The position numbers were made by a program, and so were the translations under genes. Below are positions 40,401 through 49,080 of a DNA stretch of 64,000 nt, piece after piece. This stretch comes from Bythopirellula sp. (GTDB lineage Bacteria > Planctomycetota > Planctomycetia > Pirellulales > Lacipirellulaceae). Under the pieces are notes generated by a model. That model saw only the letters and a list, made by a program, of their open reading frames with translations, made no database searches and was not told where the DNA came from. How positions within the stretch are numbered: position 1 is the stretch's first letter; each line of letters opens with the position of its first letter. The stretch spans positions 1,632,001-1,696,000 of the forward strand of contig OZ244170.1 in assembly GCA_965216565.1 (NCBI GenBank), read 5' to 3'.

Positions 40401-40844
40401 CTGGTAACACCTCTGGCTGTCGTAGGAGATATGGTGTACGCCGGCAATCAAGGGAATAGGCTTTCCCGCTACTCGCTTCCCGACTTGCAGCCCCAAGAGG
40501 ACATTCCTCTCGGTGGCAGTGTGGTGTGGGGACCCCATAGCGTGGGCGAAAACATGCTGCTCACCACCAGCGACAACCAAATGATCTGCGTTGGCTCAGA
40601 AGGCTCTGTTGTATGGCAACAAGCGTTATCGCATGGCCATCCAACCGGCGTTCCACTGCTGGATAGCGGCACCGTAACGCTCGTCTGGCAGCAATCGGGA
40701 TTAAGCCAGCTGGACCTCAGCAATGGAACTGAAAACGGATACCTGGATTTGCCCCAGCCTGTCGTCACAGGCCCTATCGCGTTTGGCAAGCGTTTGTTAA
40801 TGGCATCTGCAGATGGCGCCCTGCTAATACTAGATCGACCTTGA
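37476..40844 (+). CDS. Single-TM protein: cytoplasmic helical N-domain, TPR, PQQ-like beta-propellers
   Basis: Basic cluster followed by TM PLLLFGGGGLIVLILAGVIIGYLL; TPR (AISQYERFL); ALNANNGQLLW and FDASTGKLIW blades. Confidence 0.82.
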   Translation: MKIQEFIDLLEKRQLVSSRIIKQVREKVAKGDRKITSKSLLKYLVKKELITRTQAKSLLETSLTVTAAAESSILGMQVLTPEKQLKKPKPKEEPKEDSEEIPTLQPVDAVPPTTEPPTIEESVEEMASLSGMTQTTLVEETLDEEDEPDGPGRKKKKKSRKKKGNEFDTPLLLFGGGGLIVLILAGVIIGYLLSREDADAILAEASEYYDGGSWTQAISQYERFLEGNKTHPDYSRAKVKLGLAKIWKATAQGGNFSSALDTTQEVLDSIEDEKEFEIAKRDLSSLLPSIAKGLAEDAEGAEAGEQVEQYVAESKEALSLCNNTKFIPSTYRDDIVINGILETLDRVEREQEQRSQLKGALEKIQAAIDSGDTPEAYAVHKQLLKDYPGLLNNETLAAKVEEISAAEQAGVKFSEDSKEAETSELPSPFVAELALAVRSGKESGTEGVVGVRVDGSMYALNANNGQLLWRKYLGQSAGSQIVTLPEGDFLAIDFTRNELVRFDASTGKLIWRQQFEGPIASPVVVESQLLVTEKSGKLHLVDAATGRRTGFFSFGQTLPVPPAVNERKGKVYLLGEHSSLYTLSLEDMKCLGVFFVGHERGSIATSPVVVLDKVAVAENSGRATSKLHLLAPGDGGAIAANDTTRRLEGLVTTPLLVDGRRLVALTSRGEVTVYEVSASQGKEALTKIATREAESGKQVARFGLLAAGHVWSAGTQLNKLAVLPTGNRLPVEDIDFDYVGDTFDYQLQAVGDIVVHLRHPQKHAGSIVAAMNAESGKALWQTELGVPLAGPPAVDSKGPRIGAITSSGAAYLLDRQAMVDRVQDTAQKLRGRSKLPTLTSAADLGGGRMALGSPGTKTLVHFRPEAPRGPLTKIELPEPLACPVVAWDDTFVAPTTVGQVYLYEADTGNQWGSPFQPKLSVESKYEWLQPAVYGSGAESSLVISDGKENIFLLRRATSPQANLEKQTEGPVSGSPLVTPLAVVGDMVYAGNQGNRLSRYSLPDLQPQEDIPLGGSVVWGPHSVGENMLLTTSDNQMICVGSEGSVVWQQALSHGHPTGVPLLDSGTVTLVWQQSGLSQLDLSNGTENGYLDLPQPVVTGPIAFGKRLLMASADGALLILDRP

Positions 40845-40863
40845 ACAATACACCGATTGCCGC

Positions 40864-43266
40864 ATGACTGGCTTCTTTGATTTATGTTTGCGACGCCGCT
40901 GGCTGAGTTCCGTGCCAGTCTGGCTAGTCATGCTGCTTGGCTTTGCTGTTCCCCATTCTCAATCGCGGGGGCAAGCAGCAGGGATTCCTATTATCGATCG
41001 AACCCCGTTCGATCGCATCATCTTGAATTCGGCAAACAAGAATGCCGAGATCGAGGTAGTGCTGCTCGACCTGCCGAAGCGACGGCTCCCCAACCCACTG
41101 CCCCAATCGGGGACTCTTGAGGTCAAACGGCTAAGTCAGCCTAGCACTATCTACGAAGTAATGTGGAGTACCATCGAACGTGTTGAACTCTACGAGCAAA
41201 TGGTATTGGCCGAAGCGATAGAACTGAGCCAGAAAAACGACACGCTCGCCGCATTTCGATCGTTCAGCTTCCTACATCAACACTATCCCAACCTGCCAGG
41301 GCTCGACGAAGCGAGCGAGCGCTACGTCTATCGCGAGGCACTAAATGCCTTCTCTAATAACAGCTACAGCGAGGGGTTGGCCATACTGCTTACCCTTTAC
41401 GATCTCAACAGCGAATATCAAGGTCTGGAGAGTGCCGTCGGCTCGGTCTCGGACAAACTGATCAGCAAACATCTCAAAGAACGCGATTTTGCGGCAGCAC
41501 GTGGTGTGCTCGACATGCTGAAACAGAGTTTTCCAAGTCTGCAGTTGTCGAATGTGGCTGTGTGGGAGGGACGTTTTGAGAAAGGCGCTGCCAGGCAACT
41601 ATCCCTTGGCCGAGAAGCGATCGCTTCCCAGGAGTACGAAAAGGCGCGACTTGCGATTGGAAGAGCGCTCGATATATTGCCCGGAGTCGCAGGTGCACAG
41701 CAGATCCTCGAAGAGTTGAATCGCCTCTCGCCTCGCACCGTAGTTGGCGTCAGTCAGCTGGTCCCCAATCCAGAAAATGCGAATACTCTGGTGTGGCCGC
41801 AGGCGCGAATCAAACAGCTGATCGATCCTAACCTAATCCAAATGGTAGGATTCGGCACCGAGGGAGGCATCTACCAGAGCCAATGGGCAACACTTGAGCC
41901 AGACGACGCGGGACTGCGATTGGATATTGCCCTCTCCCCGGCGGCGCTCGCAATTGGTTTCACCCCTGAGCAAATCGCTCTTGAGATTCTCGCACTTTCG
42001 AGTCCTGCCTCATCCCGATACGCAATCGACTTTGCTGATGCATTCGACCATGTCACTATCGAACAGGGCTATCGCGTCGGTGTTCATTGGCGTCGACCCC
42101 ACGTGCGGCCCGAAGCTTTACTACGTTTGCCCCTTGAGGGTGCCACCGCTGGCGACCTTAGGGCCGGTATCTATCGAGCCACTCCCAGTGCCAATCCGGA
42201 ACAAGTGGACGAGATCATTTACGAATCGGTCGGCGCTAGTCCGGGCGACGATCAGGCTCCCCGAATTATCGAACGCGTCTTTGACACAGAAGAGCAAGCC
42301 TTAGCGAGTCTGCGATCTGGCGAGATTGATGCGATCGACCAATTGGCCCCCTGGGATGCCGATCAATTGAAGAGTAGCCGCAATGTGGTGGTCGATACCT
42401 ACCGACTGCCGACAGTCCATGTGCTGCGGTTAAATTTTGAAAATCCGCTGCTTAAAAGCAGAGAGTTTCGTCGCGCCCTGGCTTATGGAATCGACCGCGA
42501 GCGGATCATTTCCGATGTCTTGCTGGGGGGCAAGAATCGTCCTGGTTTCCGAATCCTGAGCGGCCCGCTGCCGGCTGGAACTTCGTTCACCGATCCGGTT
42601 GGCTATGCCTACAACCAGCAATTGCTCGCTCGCCCCTACGAGCCGCGGCTTTCGGCCGTGCTTGCCACCGTGGCAAAAAATGCGCTGGCAAAAAAACAAG
42701 CCGCGGCGAGTCAAAAAGAAGCCCCCGAGGAAAGCAACGAGGGCGATTCCGAGGAGGAATCCAACGATGAATCCCAAGAGCCAGAAAAACCAAAGATGGC
42801 ACCATTGAGACTCGTCTATCCGCCCGATTCTTTATCACGCACCTGTTGCCAAACAATCAAGCTGCAGTTGTCGGCTTTAGGTGTTCCCATCGAGCTGGTT
42901 GAGTTGCCTCGCACTAGTTCGGCACTTCCAGAAGATTACGACCTGGCCTACACTCAATTGGCTTTTCGAGAGCCGCTGGTCGATGCCCGCCGCTTACTGG
43001 GACCCCAAGGCCTCGCTGGTAGTTGCAGTTCGTCGATGAATCTGGCGCTGCAAAGTGTCGACCGAGCCAGCAATTGGAAAGAAGCTCGCGATCGACTTTA
43101 CGAAGTTCATCAAGTGGCCCACAACGACCTACCTGTGATTCCGCTGTGGCAAACCGTCGATAGTTTTGCGTATCACAAATCATTGCGTGGTATCGAGAAA
43201 GATACCGTGTCGCTTTACCAAAACTTAGGCCAGTGGCAGACCTCTCTCACACAGGGAGGTCGTTAA
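40864..43266 (+). CDS. TPR-fused family 5 (Opp/Dpp-type) solute-binding-like protein
   Basis: Signal peptide; TPR-like helices; ALASLRSGEID, REFRRALAYGIDRERII, DLPVIPLWQ. Confidence 0.8.
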   Translation: MTGFFDLCLRRRWLSSVPVWLVMLLGFAVPHSQSRGQAAGIPIIDRTPFDRIILNSANKNAEIEVVLLDLPKRRLPNPLPQSGTLEVKRLSQPSTIYEVMWSTIERVELYEQMVLAEAIELSQKNDTLAAFRSFSFLHQHYPNLPGLDEASERYVYREALNAFSNNSYSEGLAILLTLYDLNSEYQGLESAVGSVSDKLISKHLKERDFAAARGVLDMLKQSFPSLQLSNVAVWEGRFEKGAARQLSLGREAIASQEYEKARLAIGRALDILPGVAGAQQILEELNRLSPRTVVGVSQLVPNPENANTLVWPQARIKQLIDPNLIQMVGFGTEGGIYQSQWATLEPDDAGLRLDIALSPAALAIGFTPEQIALEILALSSPASSRYAIDFADAFDHVTIEQGYRVGVHWRRPHVRPEALLRLPLEGATAGDLRAGIYRATPSANPEQVDEIIYESVGASPGDDQAPRIIERVFDTEEQALASLRSGEIDAIDQLAPWDADQLKSSRNVVVDTYRLPTVHVLRLNFENPLLKSREFRRALAYGIDRERIISDVLLGGKNRPGFRILSGPLPAGTSFTDPVGYAYNQQLLARPYEPRLSAVLATVAKNALAKKQAAASQKEAPEESNEGDSEEESNDESQEPEKPKMAPLRLVYPPDSLSRTCCQTIKLQLSALGVPIELVELPRTSSALPEDYDLAYTQLAFREPLVDARRLLGPQGLAGSCSSSMNLALQSVDRASNWKEARDRLYEVHQVAHNDLPVIPLWQTVDSFAYHKSLRGIEKDTVSLYQNLGQWQTSLTQGGR

Positions 43267-43268
43267 TT

Positions 43269-44726
43269 ATGGACAGATTGGCCACAACGCAGCTACCTCC
43301 GCTGCAAGCCTCTTATCGGGCAACAAGATTCCTGGTCTTTATGTTGGCCACAAGTTGGCCCCTCGTTTCGCAAGCTGCAGAGACAAAATACTGGGAGCTG
43401 TCGCCCTACTCGATTCGGATAGAAATTGCGTTTAGCGATTCCCTAGTAGGGAACAAGTCCATCGAACGAGAAATAGTCGAACGGTTAGAACAACGAGTTC
43501 TGTCGACTATGCATCCATTGTGGTCGACGGAAATCAATGTACGTGAGGGCTCAGACAAGTACCAGTTGCTTGCTGCGATGGAGTCCTCCGGTGAACAAAC
43601 GCCTCTAGAGGGTGTTTTTGTCGACAAGCAGATGTTCCTCGTGGTGGACCGCGACTTGGCTGGCTACCAATTTGCCTGCCGAGAGTGGGATCGCAGCACG
43701 CAGCTTTGGGGGCCAGTAATCCGACGCCAGGTGAAGCAGAATCTCATGCTCCATGAGGAGTGTTTTGCCTTGCTGCGCAGGACGTTTTCTCCCTTGGCTA
43801 GCATCGAACCTGATCCCAACAACTCGGGGCAAGTATTCCTTTCATTCAAAGGAAATGAGCTACCCAGCCGTACGAGTGAAGGATCTCTTGTTTCCCCCGG
43901 TCAAGTGCTCCAACCCTTGATGATTCGTTACGATTCGTCGGGAGAAGTGGTTGCAGGCGGAGTCCGCGAAGTGCCTTGGACCTATCTAACCGCTCAGCAA
44001 ACTGAAGACGGAACCTGGGTGGGCAAAGTCCACAGCGGAATGAGACGTGCCTTTGGCAAGCGGAGACGGGGCCGGAGCCAGCAACTAGCGATTGCAGTCC
44101 GCAATCCGGCAGCCACCACCAGGGTGAGATTTTACGCCCGGCACGATCAAACCGAGGGCCTAGTGGGCTACGAAGTTTTTCGACGGTTTCGAGATGACGA
44201 GAAAAGTGAGTTTCTCGGGCTAACCGACTCCACCGGTTCTGTTTATGTGGAACCAGCCGATGTGGAAGTCGTCACGCTATTCTTACGGAGTGATGGTCAA
44301 CTACTGGCCAAGGTGCCCGTGGCACCTGGGGCTAAATCGTTGGTCGAGATCCCTATCGCCGACGACACGGCTCGATTGCGGGCTCAGGCTGAGCTAACTG
44401 CATTCCGCGAACAATTGATCGACGTCGTAGCGCGCCGCAACATCCTAATGACACGAGCACGCGATAGACTCAAAGCAGGTAGCTTGGACGAAGCTCGTGA
44501 ATTGCTCGCCGAACTAGATGACTTACCGGGGCGGGCAAAATTCGATCAAAAGTTAGTTTCGGCGGAACGCAAGCGATCGAACATTTCGTCGGATGAAAGA
44601 GTTCAAAAGAGAATCGACAAGATGTTTTCAGAGACTCGCAAGCTACTGGGACGATTTCTAGACGTGCGGCAGATTTCAGACCTCCGCAATGAAGTAACCG
44701 CTGCGGCTCGAGGTGAAAGAGAGTGA
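43269..44726 (+). CDS. Secreted hypothetical protein
   Basis: Long ORF closely following the SBP gene; ATG 43269 after GGAGG; signal-like segment ending VSQA. Confidence 0.7.
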   Translation: MDRLATTQLPPLQASYRATRFLVFMLATSWPLVSQAAETKYWELSPYSIRIEIAFSDSLVGNKSIEREIVERLEQRVLSTMHPLWSTEINVREGSDKYQLLAAMESSGEQTPLEGVFVDKQMFLVVDRDLAGYQFACREWDRSTQLWGPVIRRQVKQNLMLHEECFALLRRTFSPLASIEPDPNNSGQVFLSFKGNELPSRTSEGSLVSPGQVLQPLMIRYDSSGEVVAGGVREVPWTYLTAQQTEDGTWVGKVHSGMRRAFGKRRRGRSQQLAIAVRNPAATTRVRFYARHDQTEGLVGYEVFRRFRDDEKSEFLGLTDSTGSVYVEPADVEVVTLFLRSDGQLLAKVPVAPGAKSLVEIPIADDTARLRAQAELTAFREQLIDVVARRNILMTRARDRLKAGSLDEARELLAELDDLPGRAKFDQKLVSAERKRSNISSDERVQKRIDKMFSETRKLLGRFLDVRQISDLRNEVTAAARGERE

Positions 44727-44731
44727 CTTCG

Positions 44732-46093
44732 CTACAGTACTGCAATACCCACGATGGCAAGTATCGTCATCAAGCCAGCCAATACTGCTAAACCAGCCAT
44801 TACCAGGGTGGTTCTGCTCAATGAGTCCTCGGTCGGTGTTGCAACGTTCGAACGAGGAGTCTTTTTGATCTGCAATTGTGGAGACGTCTGGTCCAAGCTG
44901 AGTCGATCGGTCTTGTCTTGCTTATGGCCGTGGGTTTCTTCGGGACCGTCCATAGCCGGCAATGTTTCAGCAAATGCCGCATTCCAGTAGTTTTCTTCTT
45001 CGGGTAGCTGCGTTAGCAATCCGATGTTGTGCCACGTTTCGCTATCCGCAGCATCGACCCATGGCTGTAGCAACTGGGCGACTTCGAGTGCCGAGGCGAT
45101 ACGATCTTCCGGCCGTTTCTGCATCGTAGCAGTTACTATTCGAAGAAATTCTGGGCTTACGCTGCTATTGAATTTTTCTGCCGGTATCGGTGGTTCGTCT
45201 AAGTGGCGGCGCAACTTATCGGCTGTTTCCCCGCCCGGAAAAGGAACCTTCCCCGTCACGGCGTAGTAGAGTGTGCAACCAAGCGAATAGATGTCGCTAA
45301 TTTGGCGGACTTCACTAGGAGACACGACCACTTCCGGCGCCAGGTAATCTGCCGTCCCGACAATGTGCTTCGGTTTGTCGTTCGATTCCTGGGAGGCGTC
45401 CGATGCAAAATAGGCCAGGCCTAGGTCAGCAAGCTTGGTCCGTCCCTCGGGCGTAATGAGCAGGTTTCCCGGTTTCACATCGCGATGGATCAATCCTTGC
45501 ATGTGAGCATGATCGAGTGCCAGCGCCGCTTGATGAACGATGATTGCTGCATGCTGCTCGGAGAGAGGTCCGTGATGTCGAACCATCCGCCGGAGATCGC
45601 TGCCGGGAACGTATTCTGTGACGAGATAATAGGTCTCGCCGTCCATATCAGCGAATGTCAGCCGCACCAGGTTGGGGTGATCGAGCCTGGCTTGTGCGCG
45701 AATCTCGCGTCTAAAATTTGTAATGGAAGACGCATCAGTCAGATTCTTCGGCAGTACTTTGATGGCTTCGATGCGCCCCAGTAAGATGTGCTCGCCCTTG
45801 AATACGTAGCCCATCCCGCCGTGACCGATGGCGTCCAGAATATTGTAGGGTCCCAAGGTGAACTTAGTTCGCCCGTGTTTCAGCTGTTCTGCCTGCCAGC
45901 GATTCAGGTAACCAAGGTTGACTAGCTCGGCACCCAATTGTTCGTCGGTGACTTCGTCAAAATTCACCTGTCCTACGGGTAACGATTGCTGCAACCGTTG
46001 CCACGCTTTGGTGATTTGTTCTTCAGTAAGCAACCCGCTGGCCAAGCCGGCTTGCTCTAGAATTGTTCGATTAGCACGCAAAAAGAGCCCCAT
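44732..46093 (-). CDS. Ser/Thr protein kinase with C-terminal TM
   Basis: IGHGGMGYV, AIK, HRDVKPGN, DLG, YLAPE. Confidence 0.95.
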   Translation of the reverse strand: MGLFLRANRTILEQAGLASGLLTEEQITKAWQRLQQSLPVGQVNFDEVTDEQLGAELVNLGYLNRWQAEQLKHGRTKFTLGPYNILDAIGHGGMGYVFKGEHILLGRIEAIKVLPKNLTDASSITNFRREIRAQARLDHPNLVRLTFADMDGETYYLVTEYVPGSDLRRMVRHHGPLSEQHAAIIVHQAALALDHAHMQGLIHRDVKPGNLLITPEGRTKLADLGLAYFASDASQESNDKPKHIVGTADYLAPEVVVSPSEVRQISDIYSLGCTLYYAVTGKVPFPGGETADKLRRHLDEPPIPAEKFNSSVSPEFLRIVTATMQKRPEDRIASALEVAQLLQPWVDAADSETWHNIGLLTQLPEEENYWNAAFAETLPAMDGPEETHGHKQDKTDRLSLDQTSPQLQIKKTPRSNVATPTEDSLSRTTLVMAGLAVLAGLMTILAIVGIAVL

Positions 46094-46374
46094 GATCGAT
46101 GAGCGAAAGCAAACTAGAGCATCTTGCTCTTATCTCTACAAACGAATTTCTCGGTTGATGAGGTCCCCAGAGGGAAATTTGAAAAACGTTCTATCAGCTT
46201 GCTCTGTTCCACCCGTCCTGTATTACAAGTTTAGTGTACAAACGGACTACGCGCCAAGAATTGCCTCTAAAGTGGGATGGGCTTTTCAATCAGGTTCCGG
46301 ACAGGAATTCGGAAGATTTCTCACAGGACCCAGGAATGGAGCTTTATGGACTGGGGTCTCAACGACCCTAATGA

Positions 46375-47100
46375 TTATTCACTTTGAGTTTCTGCCAACA
46401 TTTTTGCAATTGCAGGAACACTCTGCCAACTCTGAGGCGGCAGTTTCTCGAAACACATGACTTCCTTTTCGATTGGATGTTCCAACTCTAGCAGGCGGGA
46501 ATGAAGGGCGATTCCTTGGGGGAACGGCACTTCGCTTCCGTATTTGCGATCCCCAACAATAGCATGACCCATTTTCGCGAATTGCACGCGAATTTGATGT
46601 TTTCTACCCGTTTCCAAATGCACCTCTACCAGTGTGAGCTGTTTGCCCGCCGCCAGACAACGATAGTTTAGCCGAGCCAACTTAGCTTCTGGCGCATTGG
46701 GATGTGTGACGTGCATTTTCCGATGACGCTCGTCTTTACGCATGTAATGTTCGAGAGTTCCCTCTTTTTCATCCGGTGTGCCTGAAATAACCGCCCAGTA
46801 GACCTTTCTGGCCTTGCGCTCCTTGAAGCTAGCGGTCAATCGGCTCGCAGCCTTGGATCTTTTCGCAATGACAAGAACACCGGTGACCGGTGCGTCGAGA
46901 CGACTCACCACGCCCAAATAGACGTTGCCCGGCTTATCGTATTTTCTGCGAATGTAGTCCTTTGCCAACGTCAGCAAGCTTGGTTTGTCCGCGGCAACCC
47001 CCATTGTTGGCAACATCGCTGGCTTGTTGACAACAAGCAGATGATTATCTTCGTACAGAACATCAAGGTGTCGGCTCTCGGGCATAACTAGGGCAACCAT
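46375..47100 (-). CDS. RluA family pseudouridine synthase
   Basis: YEDNHLLVVNKP, SRLD catalytic Asp, TGRKHQIRV, IVGDRKYG, ALHS. Confidence 0.93.
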   Translation of the reverse strand: MVALVMPESRHLDVLYEDNHLLVVNKPAMLPTMGVAADKPSLLTLAKDYIRRKYDKPGNVYLGVVSRLDAPVTGVLVIAKRSKAASRLTASFKERKARKVYWAVISGTPDEKEGTLEHYMRKDERHRKMHVTHPNAPEAKLARLNYRCLAAGKQLTLVEVHLETGRKHQIRVQFAKMGHAIVGDRKYGSEVPFPQGIALHSRLLELEHPIEKEVMCFEKLPPQSWQSVPAIAKMLAETQSE

Positions 47101-47200
47101 TGTCAGGGATACGGCAATGCGTTAAGAACGGATCTGCCAGCGAGGCTTTCACAGTTTCAACTTCTTCCTAACACCTTAACCCATTGACCGGGCGGTTTCG

Positions 47201-47839
47201 ATGTCCAAAGTTCGGCTGATACTGGGAAGCGGCTCCCCTCAGCGCAAACGTCTGCTGAAAGAGGCGGGCTACAAATTTGAAGTTATTCGACCTGACGAGA
47301 GCGCCGAATCAGGCATCTGTAGCAACTGCGGCCCAGCGACTTTGGTATCCGACCTAGCCTTACGAAAAGCCGCTGATGTCGCCCAGCAGTTGGCACACCA
47401 GCATTCTCCCGACGATTCCTCCAATCTGCCCGCCAGCCTGATCATTGCGTGCGATACGGTGGCTGAGTGTGGGGGAACAATACTGGGAAAACCCAGAAAT
47501 GAGGACCATGCCTGCGAGATGCTCGAGCAGCTCAGTGGCACGATGCATCGTGTCTACAGCGGCTTGTGCCTGTGGCCGATTGGAATGGATAGTCCTCCTC
47601 GGCCTATTGAGACTGAGGTCGCCACATCTGAACTGAAGATGGACACGATTAGTTCCGAAGAGATAGAAAGCTACTTGGAAACTGGCCTGTGGCAAGGTAA
47701 GGCTGGAGCGTTCGGTCTGCAAGATCGGCCCGAATGGCTGCATATTACATCAGGGAGCGAATCGAATGTGATCGGTCTGCCTATGGAACTCTTAGAAAAG
47801 ATGCTAAAGCCCTGGAAGCTGGGAAGCCCTAGCGATTGA
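47201..47839 (+). CDS. Maf family nucleoside triphosphate pyrophosphatase
   Basis: LILGSGSPQRKRLL, ACDTV, ILGKP, GKAGAFGLQ, NVIGLP. Confidence 0.92.
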   Translation: MSKVRLILGSGSPQRKRLLKEAGYKFEVIRPDESAESGICSNCGPATLVSDLALRKAADVAQQLAHQHSPDDSSNLPASLIIACDTVAECGGTILGKPRNEDHACEMLEQLSGTMHRVYSGLCLWPIGMDSPPRPIETEVATSELKMDTISSEEIESYLETGLWQGKAGAFGLQDRPEWLHITSGSESNVIGLPMELLEKMLKPWKLGSPSD

Positions 47840-47940
47840 GCCCGACGTGAAATTGCAGGTATAATATAGCCTTCTCAGTAAAGACCAAGAATTCCCCAAA
47901 GCAAACCAAATCTCTTCTCAGGACTCAAGCGAACTCTCGG

Positions 47941-48927
47941 ATGAAACTACGCATAGGTGTGATTGGGATTGGTCGTGCTTGGGAATCTCGTCACTTGCCT
48001 GCCCTACGAGCCTTAGCCGATCGGTTGGAGGTGAAGGCCGTCTGCGATCCGGTTCAGCACCGGGCAGAGCTTGCGGCTCGCCAACTCAACGCCACCGTGC
48101 ATGATGGCTATCGCGTCTTGATCGGTCGCGACGATATCGATGCGGTCATGCTGCTGTCGGCCAGTTTCTATGGCGCGACTCCGATTCACGCCGCTTGCGA
48201 AATGGGCAAGGGCGTCTACTGCGCGGCGACAATTGACTTGGCTGCTAGCGAGGCTACTGAGCTTAAAGATCGCGTGAAGGAATCGGGCATTGCCTTCATG
48301 GCTGAGTTTCCCTGTCGTTGGTCACCCGCAACGCTTCGACTTAAAGAATTGATTGCCACGCGCCTCGGCAAACCCAAGTTGCTGTTTATGAATCGGCGTC
48401 GAACGGTGCCCAGCAATCGAGCCAAAGGCGACCGTTGTGTGCGCGACTTAGTGGAACTCGTCGACTGGTGCCGATACGTTGTCGACATGGAACCCTCGTC
48501 GCTGACGGCCACATCGCACTGTTTGGATGTCGATCATCACGATTTCTTTTCCGTGAGTCTGGATTTCTCTTCTGCTGACGAATCAAGATCCGGCCCACTG
48601 GCTGTTATTAGCTGCGGCGACTACGTGCCCGACATGCTCAAGGAGTCGCTATCTTACCGGCGTCCTGCACACCTTAAGGTAGTTTGCGAAAATGGAATTG
48701 CATTCATCGATCTGCCCCATACGGTCGCTTGGTTTAACGACGCGGGTCAACATCTAGAGACGCTGGAACATGATCGCCCGGTCGGCGAACAGTTGCTCAT
48801 AAACTTCCAACGGGCCGTTGAAAGCCTTGTGCTGGTTTCTTCTAGTCTGGACGACGCCCACCGAGCAATTCTGATTGCGAATCACGCAAAAACTAGCTGC
48901 GAGACGGGACAGCGGGTTTCTTGCTGA
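47941..48927 (+). CDS. Gfo/Idh/MocA-family protein (divergent)
   Basis: RIGVIGIG Rossmann motif, DDIDAV; canonical EKP absent. Confidence 0.8.
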   Translation: MKLRIGVIGIGRAWESRHLPALRALADRLEVKAVCDPVQHRAELAARQLNATVHDGYRVLIGRDDIDAVMLLSASFYGATPIHAACEMGKGVYCAATIDLAASEATELKDRVKESGIAFMAEFPCRWSPATLRLKELIATRLGKPKLLFMNRRRTVPSNRAKGDRCVRDLVELVDWCRYVVDMEPSSLTATSHCLDVDHHDFFSVSLDFSSADESRSGPLAVISCGDYVPDMLKESLSYRRPAHLKVVCENGIAFIDLPHTVAWFNDAGQHLETLEHDRPVGEQLLINFQRAVESLVLVSSSLDDAHRAILIANHAKTSCETGQRVSC

Positions 48928-49080
48928 GTACGGGTCCGTTGCCGGCAGGTGGATTCTGATAATCCAGATTCGCGGTAAGGTAAATTGGCTCGGTTTGACA
49001 CTGCGACTGCGGGCTCTTTATATTGAGGCACCATAATCGTTCCTGCCACACTCCTACAGTCCTACGTAACGTAAGTAAAT

